A stretch of DNA of 63,973 nucleotides, counting the filler. It is 12 parts of 12 records of this genome, joined end to end, with 100 filler letters (N's around TTAATTAATTAA, not from the genome) between each part and the next. Parts side by side here need not be neighbours in the genome. Positions count along the whole stretch, not along the records: positions 35,054 to 40,582 come from SRR15195285_2201; positions 40,683 to 47,629 come from SRR15195285_2206; positions 47,730 to 52,022 come from SRR15195285_2207; 9 more parts are not named here. One strand, written 5' to 3'. The position numbers and the translations under genes were made by a program. The notes below the pieces were generated by a model. The model was not told the origin of the DNA, did no database searches, and was given only the letters and a program-made list of their open reading frames with translations. Positions 35,326-47,856 of the stretch are shown one piece after another (position 1 is the first letter of the stretch; every line of letters starts with the position of its first letter).

Positions 35326-37816
35326 ATGGAGACCACGGCTGGCCCTGCTCGGCGGCTCTACGGGCTCGTACGCCAACTGCAGCCCTCTCGCGCTAGCAAT
35401 GTGCGCGCGAACGATCCAGCCGCCGATTCGGATAACAGCACGCGGCTGATTAGCTGGGACGAGATCCAGCGCCACTCCATGATCGAGGACGCGTGGGTCG
35501 TAATCGACGGCGTCGTGTACGTACTGAGTCCACTCAACAAGAATCACTGCTGTCATTTGAATGCGTGCGTCTTAGTCAGGATGTTCGGCACAGGTACGAT
35601 ATCACCGAGTTCATTAAGGAGGATAGTGGCCACCCGGGTGGCGCAGACATCCCCATGGAGTACGCTGGCAAGGATGCGACTGAGTTCTGGACGGACATGC
35701 AGTACGAAGCACGCCACCCCACGGTGCAACTCACTGCAGTGCCAGCCCAACACTGATGCGCGACATTCTCTCACTGGCTGCCTGTATCCCTGCCTGCGCA
35801 CTAGTGGGCACCTTCAGGATGAGATCCTTGAGGCCATAGACAGCCGCGACCCCGGCGAGCTCTCTGATCTCGGGCTCGAGGCGCTTCCGGTGATTGTTGG
35901 CCTAGCGGACGGCGAAGCGCCGGCCTCTGCGAAAGGAGCCGGGTTTCCGTCCACCAACTGGGCTGGGAACATTCTGTGGTCAGCCTCAGAAGTCGCTCTG
36001 CCTGAGTCAGTTGACGAGCTCCAACAACTCGTCGCAGCAGCTGATGGGCGAGTGCGCTGTGTTGGGCGGAGCCATTCTTTTACTCCCGCCGCAGATACAG
36101 ACGGACTCCTGATGAGTCTGGCTCGAATGCAGGCAATTCTCCATTTTGACGATCAGGCCGGCAGAATAACTGTAGAAGGGGGAGCAACGTACACCACGAT
36201 CAATGAGTTCCTGCAAGACAAGAACTGGGCGGTGCCAAATCTCGCCACCCTGCCTCACTTCACCGTCGCAGGCTCAATCAGCATGGGTACGCATGGCTCT
36301 AGCGGTGTCGGCTCAGATGGTCGCGCGAAGCTGGGAAATCAAGCCTCACAGGTTTCAGCGATTGAATTTGTCTTACCGGACGGGAGCCTGAAGGCTTACA
36401 CGCGGGAAGGTGATTCAGAGACTTTCGACGGCGTTGTGGTAGGCCTAGGATGTTTGGGTCCGATCTCTTCTATTACTCTAGACCTGACCCCGAGATTCAA
36501 TGTCGTACAAGCTGTTTATATCGATATCACTGTAGAGTCTGTAATCAAGCACTTCCGTGACATGGTCAACAATGTCGACTCTTTCTCGTGGCTGGTGGAC
36601 TGGCCAAAGGGAGAGGAAACTACCGACATGGCTGCGCTTCAGGGTGTGGTGCGTGGCCCATGATGCAATCCACCTCGGCCTGCTGCCTCGTGGCAAGCTT
36701 CTGATGGTCCCTGTGCAACGTATGCACGGTTTGGTTTGTACACAGCTTGGGCGCAATCGACTGCTTGTCCGCACGTTTGTTTCACCTGAAGTTGTAACGC
36801 CGCCAGAACTTCCACAAGAGCGCTGGGGCGGAAGTGAGACTCGCTCCCAGTCCTTGGCCTGACTATGTTGTCAACACGGTGCTGTCAAACATGTCCTGAC
36901 TAGTCAATTGTTGTCAGCGCTCTACGATCCCCAGACAATGGGCGAAGCCATCCAGTCGAGTGGTCTCGTCTGCGGCCCGTGGTATGACCTCATGAACACC
37001 TATGGTGCAGGACTACCCTCGGGCAGAGGTGCGGAAGAAGACCAAAGTGCATATGGTCTGAACGGTACCTACGAGACGCGAGAGGTCCAGGTCGAGTATT
37101 TTGTACCGCTAGAACATGCCGAGGCTGCCTTGCAAATTTGCTCAGACGTCTGCGGGAAATGGTCGTACGATGTCTTCCTCATTACAGAGCTGCGTGCAGT
37201 AAGTGCAATCTGGATCGGATTTTCTTGGATAGACTTGTTTTTGGTGCGACGGTGCTGTTGTTCGATTCAAGTTTGCCGATGTACTTGCCACAGATTCGTG
37301 CGGACGAGATGTGGCTTTCACCAACGAAAGGGAGAGACTCTCTGGTCATTCATTTTTCGATGAATAAGAAGAATATTCCTGGAGTACTGTCCGCGTGCAA
37401 AGAACTCGAAGCAGCACTGCTCTCTCTTGGATGCAGACCTCACTGGGGGAAACTTCATCACATGGGACTGGAGACGCTTAAGGAACAGTAAGATATACTG
37501 TCGATTTGTGAAGCCGTTGGAAAGATTGTGCTGAAGCCCATGGTTTTTGCGTGCTGCTTGGAGCAGACATGGCGAGAGTGACCTGTCGCGATTTCGTGCC
37601 CTCTGTCAGGCGCACGATCCAGACGGCGTAGCTATTCCAGCCAATGGGAGTTTCTTGTTCTTTGTGATCATTGTGATTCAGCAAATATGAGGGCGATATT
37701 TGCTGGGGCAGGTGTTTTGTAATGAGTGGTTCGAACGGCTGATTTTTGACGACAGTAAAGATCATTTGAAACTTGTACTACCTGCAGAGGAGGCCCATAT
37801 GGGGGTTCAGGGCTAG
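35326..37816 (+). CDS. Cytochrome b5 domain fused to FAD-linked alditol/aldonolactone oxidase (VAO/ALO family), multi-exon
   Basis: b5 motifs DAWVVIDG, HPGG and YAGKDATEFWTDMHGH after splicing. Oxidase motifs TNWAGN, GRSHSF, SMGTHGS, EYFVP, RPHWGK and HDPDGVFCNEWF. Confidence 0.85.
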
Positions 37817-37910
37817 CGGTTGAGGCGGGGCGAAAGTGCAAAGAGGCTGGCAAGAACGGGCCTGGAGCTACGTGAGGTGATCATTGTTGTAATCGCACAC
37901 GCTCATGTGA

Positions 37911-40582
37911 CTACGACCCTGATCCCACGTTCAGTTTCACACGTAGGCCCTTTCGGCTTGCCTTCATCCGCACTACACAGTTGCTGTCATCAAGCACATC
38001 GTCCTTCTTCAGCTGTCTCATCGCCCCACCGTTTCGCGGCCGTCCCTCGCAGCGAATGTACTCTCCGCCTGCAGCGTGTCCGATCAAAACCAAACGTTCG
38101 ACAATGTCAGCCACCGACAACAGAGACGAACGCTCCGACAACAAATCAGGACAACAATGAACACAAACGGTATGTCTCTCGCGTGAATGCGCAGTTCTAT
38201 CGATTTCGGAGCTTACCAACCAGGGACCATGGCGGGTGCAACAAGATCTCAAACAGTGCCAGCACAGTAGTTCCAGGCTTCAGGACAACCACATCACGGC
38301 ATATCTTCACGTTTGAACGTGGCTCCTCCGGAAGAATCGGGTAGGACGCTCCTGAATCAAGGTCGATCACTGGCCACACAAGCACTGGTGGACGAAGACG
38401 CATTGCACAGGCCAGAACCTCGCGCACACCCGTCGAGCCGACACACACCGCGTCCTCGTTGGAAGGACTGCGTGTCAGCCCAAATGCTACCGCGGACTCC
38501 ATAGCATCAGCCTGCGCAGAGCTGAGGTCTGATTCCTCAGCTACCATTGAGACCAGCGATCGGTTCGCAGCTGTCGACTGACCGCCTGCTGAATTCAGTA
38601 CCTTAGCAGTGTCGCTAAATGTGTGGAGCGGAGTGTAGTCAATCTTCTTCTCCTTCGCCATTTTTTGCAGTTCGCATTCAAGCCGGGCACTCAACGGTAC
38701 CACAGCAGCGATGCCAGCTTCACCAATTGAACCCATAGATCTCAGACTCTCCTTTAGTAGCGTGACATTTGCCGCTGCATCGCCATCGTCGCACTTGTTT
38801 GCGGCAAGCACGGTCGGAAAACGTACTGCAAGGAAGTGATCAATAACTGAAGATAGCGTATCGTCCGTCATCTCCCTTACAGCTGCCTCACTCAGATTCT
38901 CACCGTCGACCACGCCTGCAAGCCGCAGCGCCTCGTGCGTCAACCAGTGCTGCGCCTGATATCCCGTGAACATATCGTACAGATGCTCTGGTTTGCGCTT
39001 CCAGCCAGCTTGTTTATCAAGAAGATTGTCGTAGATCCACCGCTGAAGCTCGTTGTGTATCCCTGCAGGGCGTGCAAGACAGCACCGACCGTCAGGTGCA
39101 GCAAGAGCAGCCTCGTTCCGTGTAGACACGAGTGTCCGAACTGAACCCGCAGATGCGACAAATTACAAAGAAACAAATTCAGCGCAAACGCACAGGTCAC
39201 GTCGTGTACAATCTCATGCCCACCGACCTCATTCGCGTTACCTCGTTCGTCTGTCTTGCCCGAGGCATCGATAATGTGCACAAGAACATCTGCATCACAG
39301 AGATCATTCAGGAAGCGATTGCCTTTGCCCAAGCCATCGCATGCTCCTGGTACAAGCCCAGCAACATCCTTCACCGTAACTGGCACCGGACAGTGCACTT
39401 TTGTCACCCCATTCACAGTTGGTCCCTCAACATTGATTATCGCCTGGTGGACGTTGGGATCGATGGTTGTGAAAGGTGTTGCGCCAACCTTTGCCAGCTC
39501 TGATCCTGCGACAGCGTTGAAGAATGTTGATTTGCCAGCGCTGGGCTTGCCAACTAGCCCGATGCAGTAAGCCCAACGCCCTCCTTTTCGCACTAGTGGT
39601 GTAATATCTGACTTTCCGCCGCCGTCACTCGTACCAAGTACACTTGACTCGGTCTGGAGCTGGAGTGCTAGCGCTCGGCTGATCGGGCCGGAGGGCTCTG
39701 TGCTCTCCAGGTCTCCTCCTGCGACCACTCCGGGCTCTGGTTCCATTATCAACTCACCATCCTCCTCGTCATCTCCAACTCCCTCGGCAGCTGCAGCAAA
39801 ACATAGGTGCATCAGACAGATTGCAACAGAGGCGTCAACTAGCTGCTGATGGAGCAATGCAGCAGCGTTGCGACTTGCAGGGCACACCTGAGTCGGTGAT
39901 GCATTCACGTGCCGCGCTGACCATTTCGTAGACCATCGCCTCGCCGGCGTTCTCAGCAGCCGTCTCTGCCACGGCTGCAATCACAGCCTTTGCAATAGAA
40001 GGCTTCAAAACCATCCGCAGCGATTCACCCGCGGCGCCATCGCTCAGCGGCCGGGAGCGAAGCTGTGTCAGTGCTGGCTTTTCTGGGTAGTCTGTGGGTA
40101 GCTGGAAGCTCAGGTACAGTGGCGCAGTCAACACATCCTCCAGCTCTTCACAATTCAGCCGCACCGAGAAACCAACATGTGAAAGTCCAGGCTCCTCGAC
40201 GTACTCTTCCATGAAGATCGCCTGCAGCGCCTCCAGCTCGTCTGCCACTTCGCTGTCCTCCTCTACTTCCTTCAACATCGGAACGCTTGGCAAGTTCGTT
40301 GTAGAAGGCTGCGGAGTCATTGGGCGGCGCTGGCCAGTATTGGGTGTTGTGGGCTGTTTTAAGTCGGCGACTCTTGAATTCCTCGCCACCTGTGCCTCTT
40401 CTTCAGCAGTCGTGCTCGCTGGTGCTGTTTGCAGCGGTGCATTCATGAGCAACTGCACGACAGCATCTCTGAACTCGTCGGAGCTCGGTACTCCGTGGCC
40501 GCCTTCATGTGCAAAGATGGCTGGGTTGTTGAATAGCGCAGCCAGCTCCTCGGTAGCAGCAGCTGTGACGATCATATCTTCT
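37911..40582 (-). CDS. 5'-partial fusion: FSH1-like hydrolase tail + RWD domain + Obg-family (Ygr210c/archaeal YchF-like) GTPase
   Basis: HEGGHGVP. RWD ELEALQAIF...LPTDYPEKP. GTPase GKPSAGKST, PFTTIDPN, DVAGLVPGA, GLGKGNRFLNDL and NKCD. Exons are linked by GT-AG introns. Confidence 0.8.
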
Positions 40583-40689
40583 NNNNNNNNNNNNNNNNNN
40601 NNNNNNNNNNNNNNNNNNNNNNNNNNTTAATTAATTAANNNNNNNNNNNNNNNNNNNNNNNNNNNNNNNNNNNNNNNNNNNNGGGAGCG

Positions 40690-43167
40690 ATGAGCACGCC
40701 GCGCCGCACGAACTCGCGCCGCGCGCCGAAGAGCCCGTTCACGTCGCCCGGCGCGGATGAGGGCTTTGGGGACAACGATGACCAGGCGGAGCGCATGGCG
40801 GCGCGCCGTGCCAAGGTGGCGAATGATCGCGCGCGGAATGCCGCAAGCCCCTTCAAGAGCCCGGGGGGCGGGCCGAAGCGCAGCAACAGCCGCATGCCCC
40901 CGCAGCGTAGCAACAGCCGCATGCCGCCGGGAGGCGGCAAGAACGGCGGCAAGCTTTCCGAAGATGCGATGATGGACATCTACAACAACTGCATCAAGCT
41001 GAGCGCGGACAACGTGCGTGTTGCTCTCTCGTCCCCACACTGTCCCCCGCGCTGCTTCGGCGCCTTGGTGCAGAAGCGTCTGCAGCTCACTGGGCCGCAT
41101 GTCGCTGAACGCGATGCCGTCGCTCCACTGACATGCCACAGAAAATCAGCACGAAGAACACGTGGAGCCTCTCCATGATCGATCACATGGAGGAAATGGT
41201 GAGCTCGTCCATGGCGATGGGTGTGGACGGCAACATGAACTTCCAAATGGCCAGTGGCGCGGTGGAGGCTGGTGTGAAAATCTACTCGTCGCGTGTCGAC
41301 TCTGTCGCCACCGAGGCCTACAAAGTACTAGGCAATCTGTCACGCGCGAATAACAAAGATGGTGCGCGCACGTGCACATTCCGTGGTGCTGCCGACTGAT
41401 CTCCCGCGCCAATGCACAGCGACTGACTCGCACGAGAATCCTTGCTCACTTGCCAGGCGGCGAGGAGGACACCGCGGATACTGAGGGCGTGGAAGACGGC
41501 GCAGAAGGAGCAGGTCCTCGTAAGCGAAAGATCCGCAGCGGCGTGTCCACTCTTGAGAGCAACGAAGAGAACCTGTGCCTTAAGGATCTTGAGTACCAAA
41601 TCACCACGGATCCGCTGTTCCAGAAAACTTCAGCCTCGTTTGATGAAGGCGGCGCGAAAGGAATGCTGCTCAACAATTTGAACGTGCAGAACGGATGTCA
41701 GATCGTGTTCGACTCCAGCGATGCTATCGATGAGGGCTCCGCCGAAGACGGTGCCTCCCCAGTAGACGACGACGAACTGGAATTGGGAGATCTGGCGGGT
41801 GAGCTGAATGATCTCTTCTCGTCCATCGGTGGCGCGGAACTGACGCCGGGATTCACTCAGTTCCGGTTGGGGCACATGAACCCACAAGCTGCGGAAACGT
41901 CCCTGGTCATCGGTATGAGAATTTGTTCGCCACGTGTCCGCCTTCTGGTTGATTTGGCTGTATGCCTTCGTAGCAGCTCACTCGTCTACTACTGTTTGCA
42001 GAGGAAATGTCTTCGACCTTCGACGACGATGACGCTGGGGCATTTGTTGACGATGGCGCGGATTTCGATGACGATGATGACGGTGCAGGGGCACCGTATG
42101 ACGGCATGGACGAGCCCGCAGCTGAAGGCGCGGTCGATGCTTTCTCAAGCGCACCGACGGTCCCAGGCGCAGAAGAGCCTCTTGACTTCCCGCTCGAGAT
42201 GATGGCTCAAGACGGCGGTGATGGGATGCGGCGCGATTTCCGAGACAGTATCTTTGGAGCCAACTGGGCCGGACCGGGTGGTTCGTGGAAGCACTCAAAG
42301 GATAAGGCCGATGGAAGCAAGGACAAGAAGGCACCGAAGGAGAAATTTGTGCTTGACTTCAGTGTCAAAGTTCCGGGTTCGGTACTGGAATGCGCCAAGT
42401 CGCCGACTGCTTTCACGTTATCTGCAGCTGCCCTGGAAAATAACACGGAAGAATCGACAACCATGCCAGAGGACTTGCACTATCAGCTGAAGGATCTCTG
42501 TACCCTGTTCACCAAACCGTCAGTCAGAGTCGCGCAGGGCCAGAGTGCGGGCGGAGGAGGCGTTGGCTCGGCCGCGGGCGGCGATGGATGGTATGACTAT
42601 GGCAACGAAAATGATATGGAGAACTTCTGCCCTGACATGGATGCAGGCGGGATGGACGACGATGACGACTGCGTCGGCGGCATGGGATTAGAAGACTCCA
42701 CCGCAGATGAAAGTGGAATGATTGGAGCGCCGCAGCTGGTTGGCGATACCAAGATCAACTATGCACGCGCAGCAAAGAAAGTCGACGTGCACTTGTTGAA
42801 GGAATCCATCTGGGATACGATCGAGGACAAGCATCAGCCGCTATCTGATGCAACAAACAAGAGCAAAGGAGATGCCAGCACTGTCCACGGCTTCCAAACT
42901 GTCATTGGAGGAATCAATGAACATGTACCAGACAACAAGAAGGACATGCTCAAGGATGTATCGGTTCCATTCTGCTTCATATGCTTGTTGCATCTTGCAA
43001 ACGAGAAGAACCTGGTGCTCACTGACGACAAGCTCGGTATGCTAAGCAGGCTGGATATCGGCCCGGATGGATCTGAGGGCGAGGGCACAGGGTCCTGTGA
43101 CTGGGCAACTGCGTCTAAAAACTTTGACAAAATCGCGGGCAAGAGTGGAGCGGTCCGAGCGTCATGA
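40690..43167 (+). CDS. NCAPH: Condensin I kleisin subunit CAP-H (Barren/Brn1), multi-exon
   Basis: CIKLSADNKISTKNTW, NFQMASGAVEAGVKIYSSRVDSV, DPLFQKTSASFDEGG, INYARAAKKVDV and FICLLHLANEKNL. Confidence 0.93.
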
Positions 43168-43673
43168 GAAACTCATCACGGCGTGAGCCCTTTGTGTGTA
43201 GATTAATCAACTATTACATTGACAATACAATTCCACCTCGGAGTCAACTTGGTACCTACGATAGAAGGTAGTACTGTAGTACTTGTGGGCGGCTCCAGCT
43301 CGTCCGCATGTGATGTACTTCCACCTCGCCCAGCATCGTGTGGATTCCGACGAGTCTGCTGGATAAGATATTCGAATAGTATCCTCGTTCACAACTTCAT
43401 TTGGCACGCGCTCGCCAACAGCTTGTCTACAGTCTGAGCTGGTGAAACCAGCGTTGCAGGGGCAGCCTAGCGCGTCGCTTAATAGCAATCGGTATCGGCA
43501 CCCAAGTTGCTGTGCGAGCGCTACTGCAAGGCAAGAACGCAGGCATCCGAGCTTAGATGCCCCATCCCGCGAGATAAAGTGCCACCACTCGCCATGCTCG
43601 AAGACTGGCGAGAGTTGAAGACGTGCGTGCTCCGAGCAACCAGCTTCAAAGATCACAAGTGAAACGAGCTCGA

Positions 43674-46600
43674 TTATCGCTCTGCTACCTCGCGCTCAAA
43701 CTTAGTCAGGTCAAGCTCGAGTGATCGGGGCAACGGGCGTCCTCCCAATTCAGTCTTAAGTTGCTCGACCATTTGCATCAAGTAGGCTTCCTTGCCCGCG
43801 AGTAGCTCTTCTTCCTCAACGATCAAGTACTCGACGTCCACCACCTGTTCTTTCGCAGCAGCGAGCTGCTGCTCCACCTCGGTCAAGTTGCGCCTTAACT
43901 CTTCGCAGTCGCTCGCAAGCTGTGTCTGATCAGCTCTTGCTTTCACTCGTGCGATAGCTGCCTTGTCCGCCTCGAGGGCTGCTGCTGCTTCTTGTGCCTC
44001 TTTGGCTTCCAACTGCTCTGCCTCCTCTTGCGCCTCCTTTGCATCCAACATCTCATCTTCCTCTTCCTCTCGGCGTCTCCTCTCCTCGGCCTCGGATTCT
44101 AACCGCAGCTTTCGTTGTCTACCCTCTCGTCCGAGCGCATTCATCATCTTGACTTTTGTCAGGGCATGGCGTGTGCGCGCGCGCTTGGCTGCCACCGTCT
44201 CTGCGACCTCGATCTTGAGCTGCTCTTGCTGCTTCTGGATTTCCTTGATCCACATCTTCGCAGGTATTGTAGCACCACCATCTCCCGTGAAGTAGAACCC
44301 CCGGCCCTTGTCTGCTAAATCTTCCAACACAAACCCATCTACCTGCCGGCCGACCCCAGCTTCCTCCAACGTAAGGTCCGCGGCAGGGAATGCACGCTGG
44401 AGCTTGTACGATTTAGCTTTGTCTTTAGACAAATTGAAGATGAACAATGCTCCTCCTTGCCAAGACGCCAATCGAGGTTCCAATTTGAGTTTCTTCGCTT
44501 TCTTTGCTCCTTTACTCGACCCAGACTTTCCAGCAGATGCAGCAAATGCACTCGCAGTTGCGCACTCCATAGTGGTGCTTTTGATGGGCATCAGATTACG
44601 TATGGCAGCAAACCACTCCTTTGCGTCTGCCACACCATCGCACGTCATACGCACGTTCATTTCAAGACCATCATCGGTTCGTGTAGTAAAGATGACCACT
44701 TTTGGTGCCTCCTTGTCCAATTCTACTGCGCTGAACAGCGGAATTGAGTACCGATCAATGATCTGCTTCTTTTTCTTCCCTTTGACGTTCTCCAAAAACT
44801 TGATCGAGTGCTTATGCAGGATCACGGTTTGAGGTACTGTGGCTCGACCTTTCTTGTGCTTCACGTGCAGCTGCTTGGGCCCTCGAATAACAGTTGTGAG
44901 TTCACGCTTGTCTAGTCGATGCCAAGCTGAGTTTGGCTGACAGACTGCAAGTTCTTGCGCTTCTAGTACCGTGAGATTCTCTGTTTCTAGTCGTTGTTTG
45001 AGAGCTGCTTCCGCATTGGCTTTACCTTCTTCGAGCGATTCCTGTATCGCGGCGCAGAGAGAGACGACTTTTGCTGCGCTCGAATGATGCTCCGTGCATT
45101 CGTCGAGAACAGACTGACCGCCAGCCCTCAAAAATGCCGCATGGTTTGCGTCTTGTCCTTCCAGCTCTCCGCTGATGAGTGAATTCAAGCAGTTGAGTAT
45201 GGCGAAGACCATTGTCGCCGACTCCATGTGCTCGGCTAAGAACTCTACGCATATCGTGATGACATCTGTGCTGCCAGCTTCCAGCTGATTGGGACCGTGA
45301 TTGGCACAAAGATTTCCTAGCGCAACGAAAATGTGTGGCAGCACAGTTACCTTGGTGCGGTGCATTCGGGCTGCCGAACACAGCAGAATAAATGCGCCAC
45401 ACTTCCCGGCTGAAGACTTCAGAGCATTATTCTTGTAAGCAATCGACCACAGCGCCGTGGCAGCTGATTTGGCTAGCTCTTCGTTATCGGCAAACAATCG
45501 CAGTGCCTGCGTGAGCAACCCAAGTGGGTTCAAGGTCGACAATTTCTTCGCAATATACGCCTTCACTTCATCCTGCTGCTTGCTTATCGCAGACAAGGCT
45601 TCCGCGCACCGTATCGAGCACATTACATCTGTGCTGTTGTTGCGAAGCGTTGCACACACCGTTTCTATCAGTCCAGCCCGCATGATCGCTGCTTTGATGT
45701 CATTCATGATAGCCATCTTGGCGAGAATGGAGACGTAGAGACGCTGTATCTCTACCTTACAGAACGTCTCGTCCTCGAGAATTGATCGCAACAGACTCAG
45801 TCCTTTAGTCTCCAGTGCCCGTGCTGTAAGCTTTGCTGCACTATCTGCCTCGCCCTGTGCTTTCACTGTTCTTAGTAGAGCTACCAATACCTCGCCAGCA
45901 GGCTCAACACTCACTACAGTTGCCTGAGGAAGGACGTCCGTCAAGACAGCGTTCACGACCGATGCCGAGTGGTCGGCAGCAAAGGTATGGTTCGCCGGAG
46001 TCGTCTCGCCCTGTTCTCCAGCCGACACCGTTGCGAGCAGCGTGAAGACACGGCACGCAGCCGCATGGAAGTGCTCGTCCGAAACAGCCTTAGTTGCTGC
46101 AACAATTCGTTCGACGCCATTATCAGCCTCTAATACCATCTCTACTACCAAATCATGCAGAGTCTCGTCGCCACCTTCCAATGTAGATGTCGCCATCACC
46201 GTTATCAAGGACAATGCGGCTGTCATGCACTCAACTCGCCGGCCTGGCTTGAAAGCTCTTAGGCATACGTTGACGCCATCCGATTCTGTTAAGAAAAGGT
46301 CCAGGACAGGCAAGGTCGACATCGCACAAAGCACGCTCAGCAAATCGAAAAGATGCATAGCAACCTCGTCGTTCGCCATCCCATGCTTGAGCCACACCAG
46401 CACCACGTGTGTCATTTCTTCTGTCCCGACGATGGAGGCGGTCTCAGTGCTTTGGCGCGCAATCGTTTTGAGTGCCTTGGCAAATGCTGGTAGTAGCTGT
46501 GGATATTGAGACAGGTCCAGCTCGCCGCCTGGAACGTAGCTAGCCATCACGTGACAGAGCTGCTCTACGGTCTCAGCAGCAAGCGAGTCTGCTCCTTCCG

Positions 46601-47624
46601 GCAGCTTCCCAACCATGTCCGCCGCTTTGATAAGGAGCTCTACTGCGCCGTGGCTGTCTGCCCCGGCAGCTGATGCAGTCAAAATGGCATCGAGGCAAAG
46701 CCACCACGATGTCTCTAGTTTTCCGAGCCCGAGGAATGTTGCGTGGGCATCATCGAGCGACGCGAACTTGACACATCTAGCTTCCGGCAGCCGCGCAGGT
46801 TTGCCTACGAACTCTTCAACCAACGCGCCGTCTTCGCGCTCGTCGCCTTCTTCCTCTCCCTCTCCTTCTGCCTCGCTCGTGCTCAACGCCTGAAGTAGCT
46901 CTTGACCACTTGCTATGTCCTGGGTCCAAGTTGCCAGTAGCTCGTCAACTGTCGTTTTGTTCTCAGCTGCCTTGTGTTGGACTTCTCGCAGCAGCCGTCG
47001 TCGTCGTCGCTTCAGCATCAGTCGCACAGACATGAAGAAGTTCCGTAGTTCGTGATCACGTGCCTCGTGCTGCTCGTCACACGCGGTGGTCACCGATTCC
47101 GCCACCCCGTGCAGTGCCATCAGTGCGTCCTCGTCACCGACTGCTGGTTCCAACTCTCCCTGTGGCGACTCCGGCGAGCCCGGCGTGCTGCCCTCGCTCT
47201 CCGCATCTTCTTCTTCACCGTCGCTACCACCCGCGCTATCGTCATCGCCGTCGCCGTCGTCATTGTCGCCGCCAGCGTCGCTGTCGTCACCATCGCTGCT
47301 GCCGTCGTCACCATCGCTATCGGAATCGTCGCGCGCAGTCCATGCCTGCGCCAGCTTGTCGGCGGCCTGTGCCTCCATGTCCTCCTGGCGCACGCGAAGC
47401 AGCTCCTCGATCTCCTCTAGCAGGTCCAGGTCCTCGGCAAACGTCTCAACCAGCAGGTCAGTCAGGGCCTCGAGATCGATCACCTCGCCGTCCCCCATGC
47501 CCTCGATGACGGCAGCGGCCTCCTCCTCCGGGTCCTCCCCGTCCGCGCCGCTCGCCGCATTCATCGTCTCGAAGAAGGACGCGAGCTCCTCCAGGTCGAC
47601 CTGTCCGCACACAGACAGCCACAA
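43674..47624 (-). CDS. 5'-partial EF-hand-like + armadillo-repeat + PH-like + coiled-coil protein
   Basis: 1316-aa ORF. ARM-type helices (ATALWSIAY, VALGNLCAN), PH-like ADAKEWFAAIR and KMWIKEIQ, charged C-terminal coil. Confidence 0.7.
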   Translation of the reverse strand: MWLSVCGQVDLEELASFFETMNAASGADGEDPEEEAAAVIEGMGDGEVIDLEALTDLLVETFAEDLDLLEEIEELLRVRQEDMEAQAADKLAQAWTARDDSDSDGDDGSSDGDDSDAGGDNDDGDGDDDSAGGSDGEEEDAESEGSTPGSPESPQGELEPAVGDEDALMALHGVAESVTTACDEQHEARDHELRNFFMSVRLMLKRRRRRLLREVQHKAAENKTTVDELLATWTQDIASGQELLQALSTSEAEGEGEEEGDEREDGALVEEFVGKPARLPEARCVKFASLDDAHATFLGLGKLETSWWLCLDAILTASAAGADSHGAVELLIKAADMVGKLPEGADSLAAETVEQLCHVMASYVPGGELDLSQYPQLLPAFAKALKTIARQSTETASIVGTEEMTHVVLVWLKHGMANDEVAMHLFDLLSVLCAMSTLPVLDLFLTESDGVNVCLRAFKPGRRVECMTAALSLITVMATSTLEGGDETLHDLVVEMVLEADNGVERIVAATKAVSDEHFHAAACRVFTLLATVSAGEQGETTPANHTFAADHSASVVNAVLTDVLPQATVVSVEPAGEVLVALLRTVKAQGEADSAAKLTARALETKGLSLLRSILEDETFCKVEIQRLYVSILAKMAIMNDIKAAIMRAGLIETVCATLRNNSTDVMCSIRCAEALSAISKQQDEVKAYIAKKLSTLNPLGLLTQALRLFADNEELAKSAATALWSIAYKNNALKSSAGKCGAFILLCSAARMHRTKVTVLPHIFVALGNLCANHGPNQLEAGSTDVITICVEFLAEHMESATMVFAILNCLNSLISGELEGQDANHAAFLRAGGQSVLDECTEHHSSAAKVVSLCAAIQESLEEGKANAEAALKQRLETENLTVLEAQELAVCQPNSAWHRLDKRELTTVIRGPKQLHVKHKKGRATVPQTVILHKHSIKFLENVKGKKKKQIIDRYSIPLFSAVELDKEAPKVVIFTTRTDDGLEMNVRMTCDGVADAKEWFAAIRNLMPIKSTTMECATASAFAASAGKSGSSKGAKKAKKLKLEPRLASWQGGALFIFNLSKDKAKSYKLQRAFPAADLTLEEAGVGRQVDGFVLEDLADKGRGFYFTGDGGATIPAKMWIKEIQKQQEQLKIEVAETVAAKRARTRHALTKVKMMNALGREGRQRKLRLESEAEERRRREEEEDEMLDAKEAQEEAEQLEAKEAQEAAAALEADKAAIARVKARADQTQLASDCEELRRNLTEVEQQLAAAKEQVVDVEYLIVEEEELLAGKEAYLMQMVEQLKTELGGRPLPRSLELDLTKFEREVAER

Positions 47625-47856
47625 CCAACNNNNNNNNNNNNNNNNNNNNNNNNNNNNNNNNNNNNNNNNNNNNTTAATTAATTAANNNNNNNNNNNNNNN
47701 NNNNNNNNNNNNNNNNNNNNNNNNNNNNNGAATGCGGCCGTAGCAGACCGTTACCGACTCTACGGCCGGCATTTCATAGCGCGCTCTACGAATCGAGAAA
47801 ACAGCGGCATTGATACCACCGCACCCGCCTCCGCTGCAGCTCCCACCGACGGCGCG

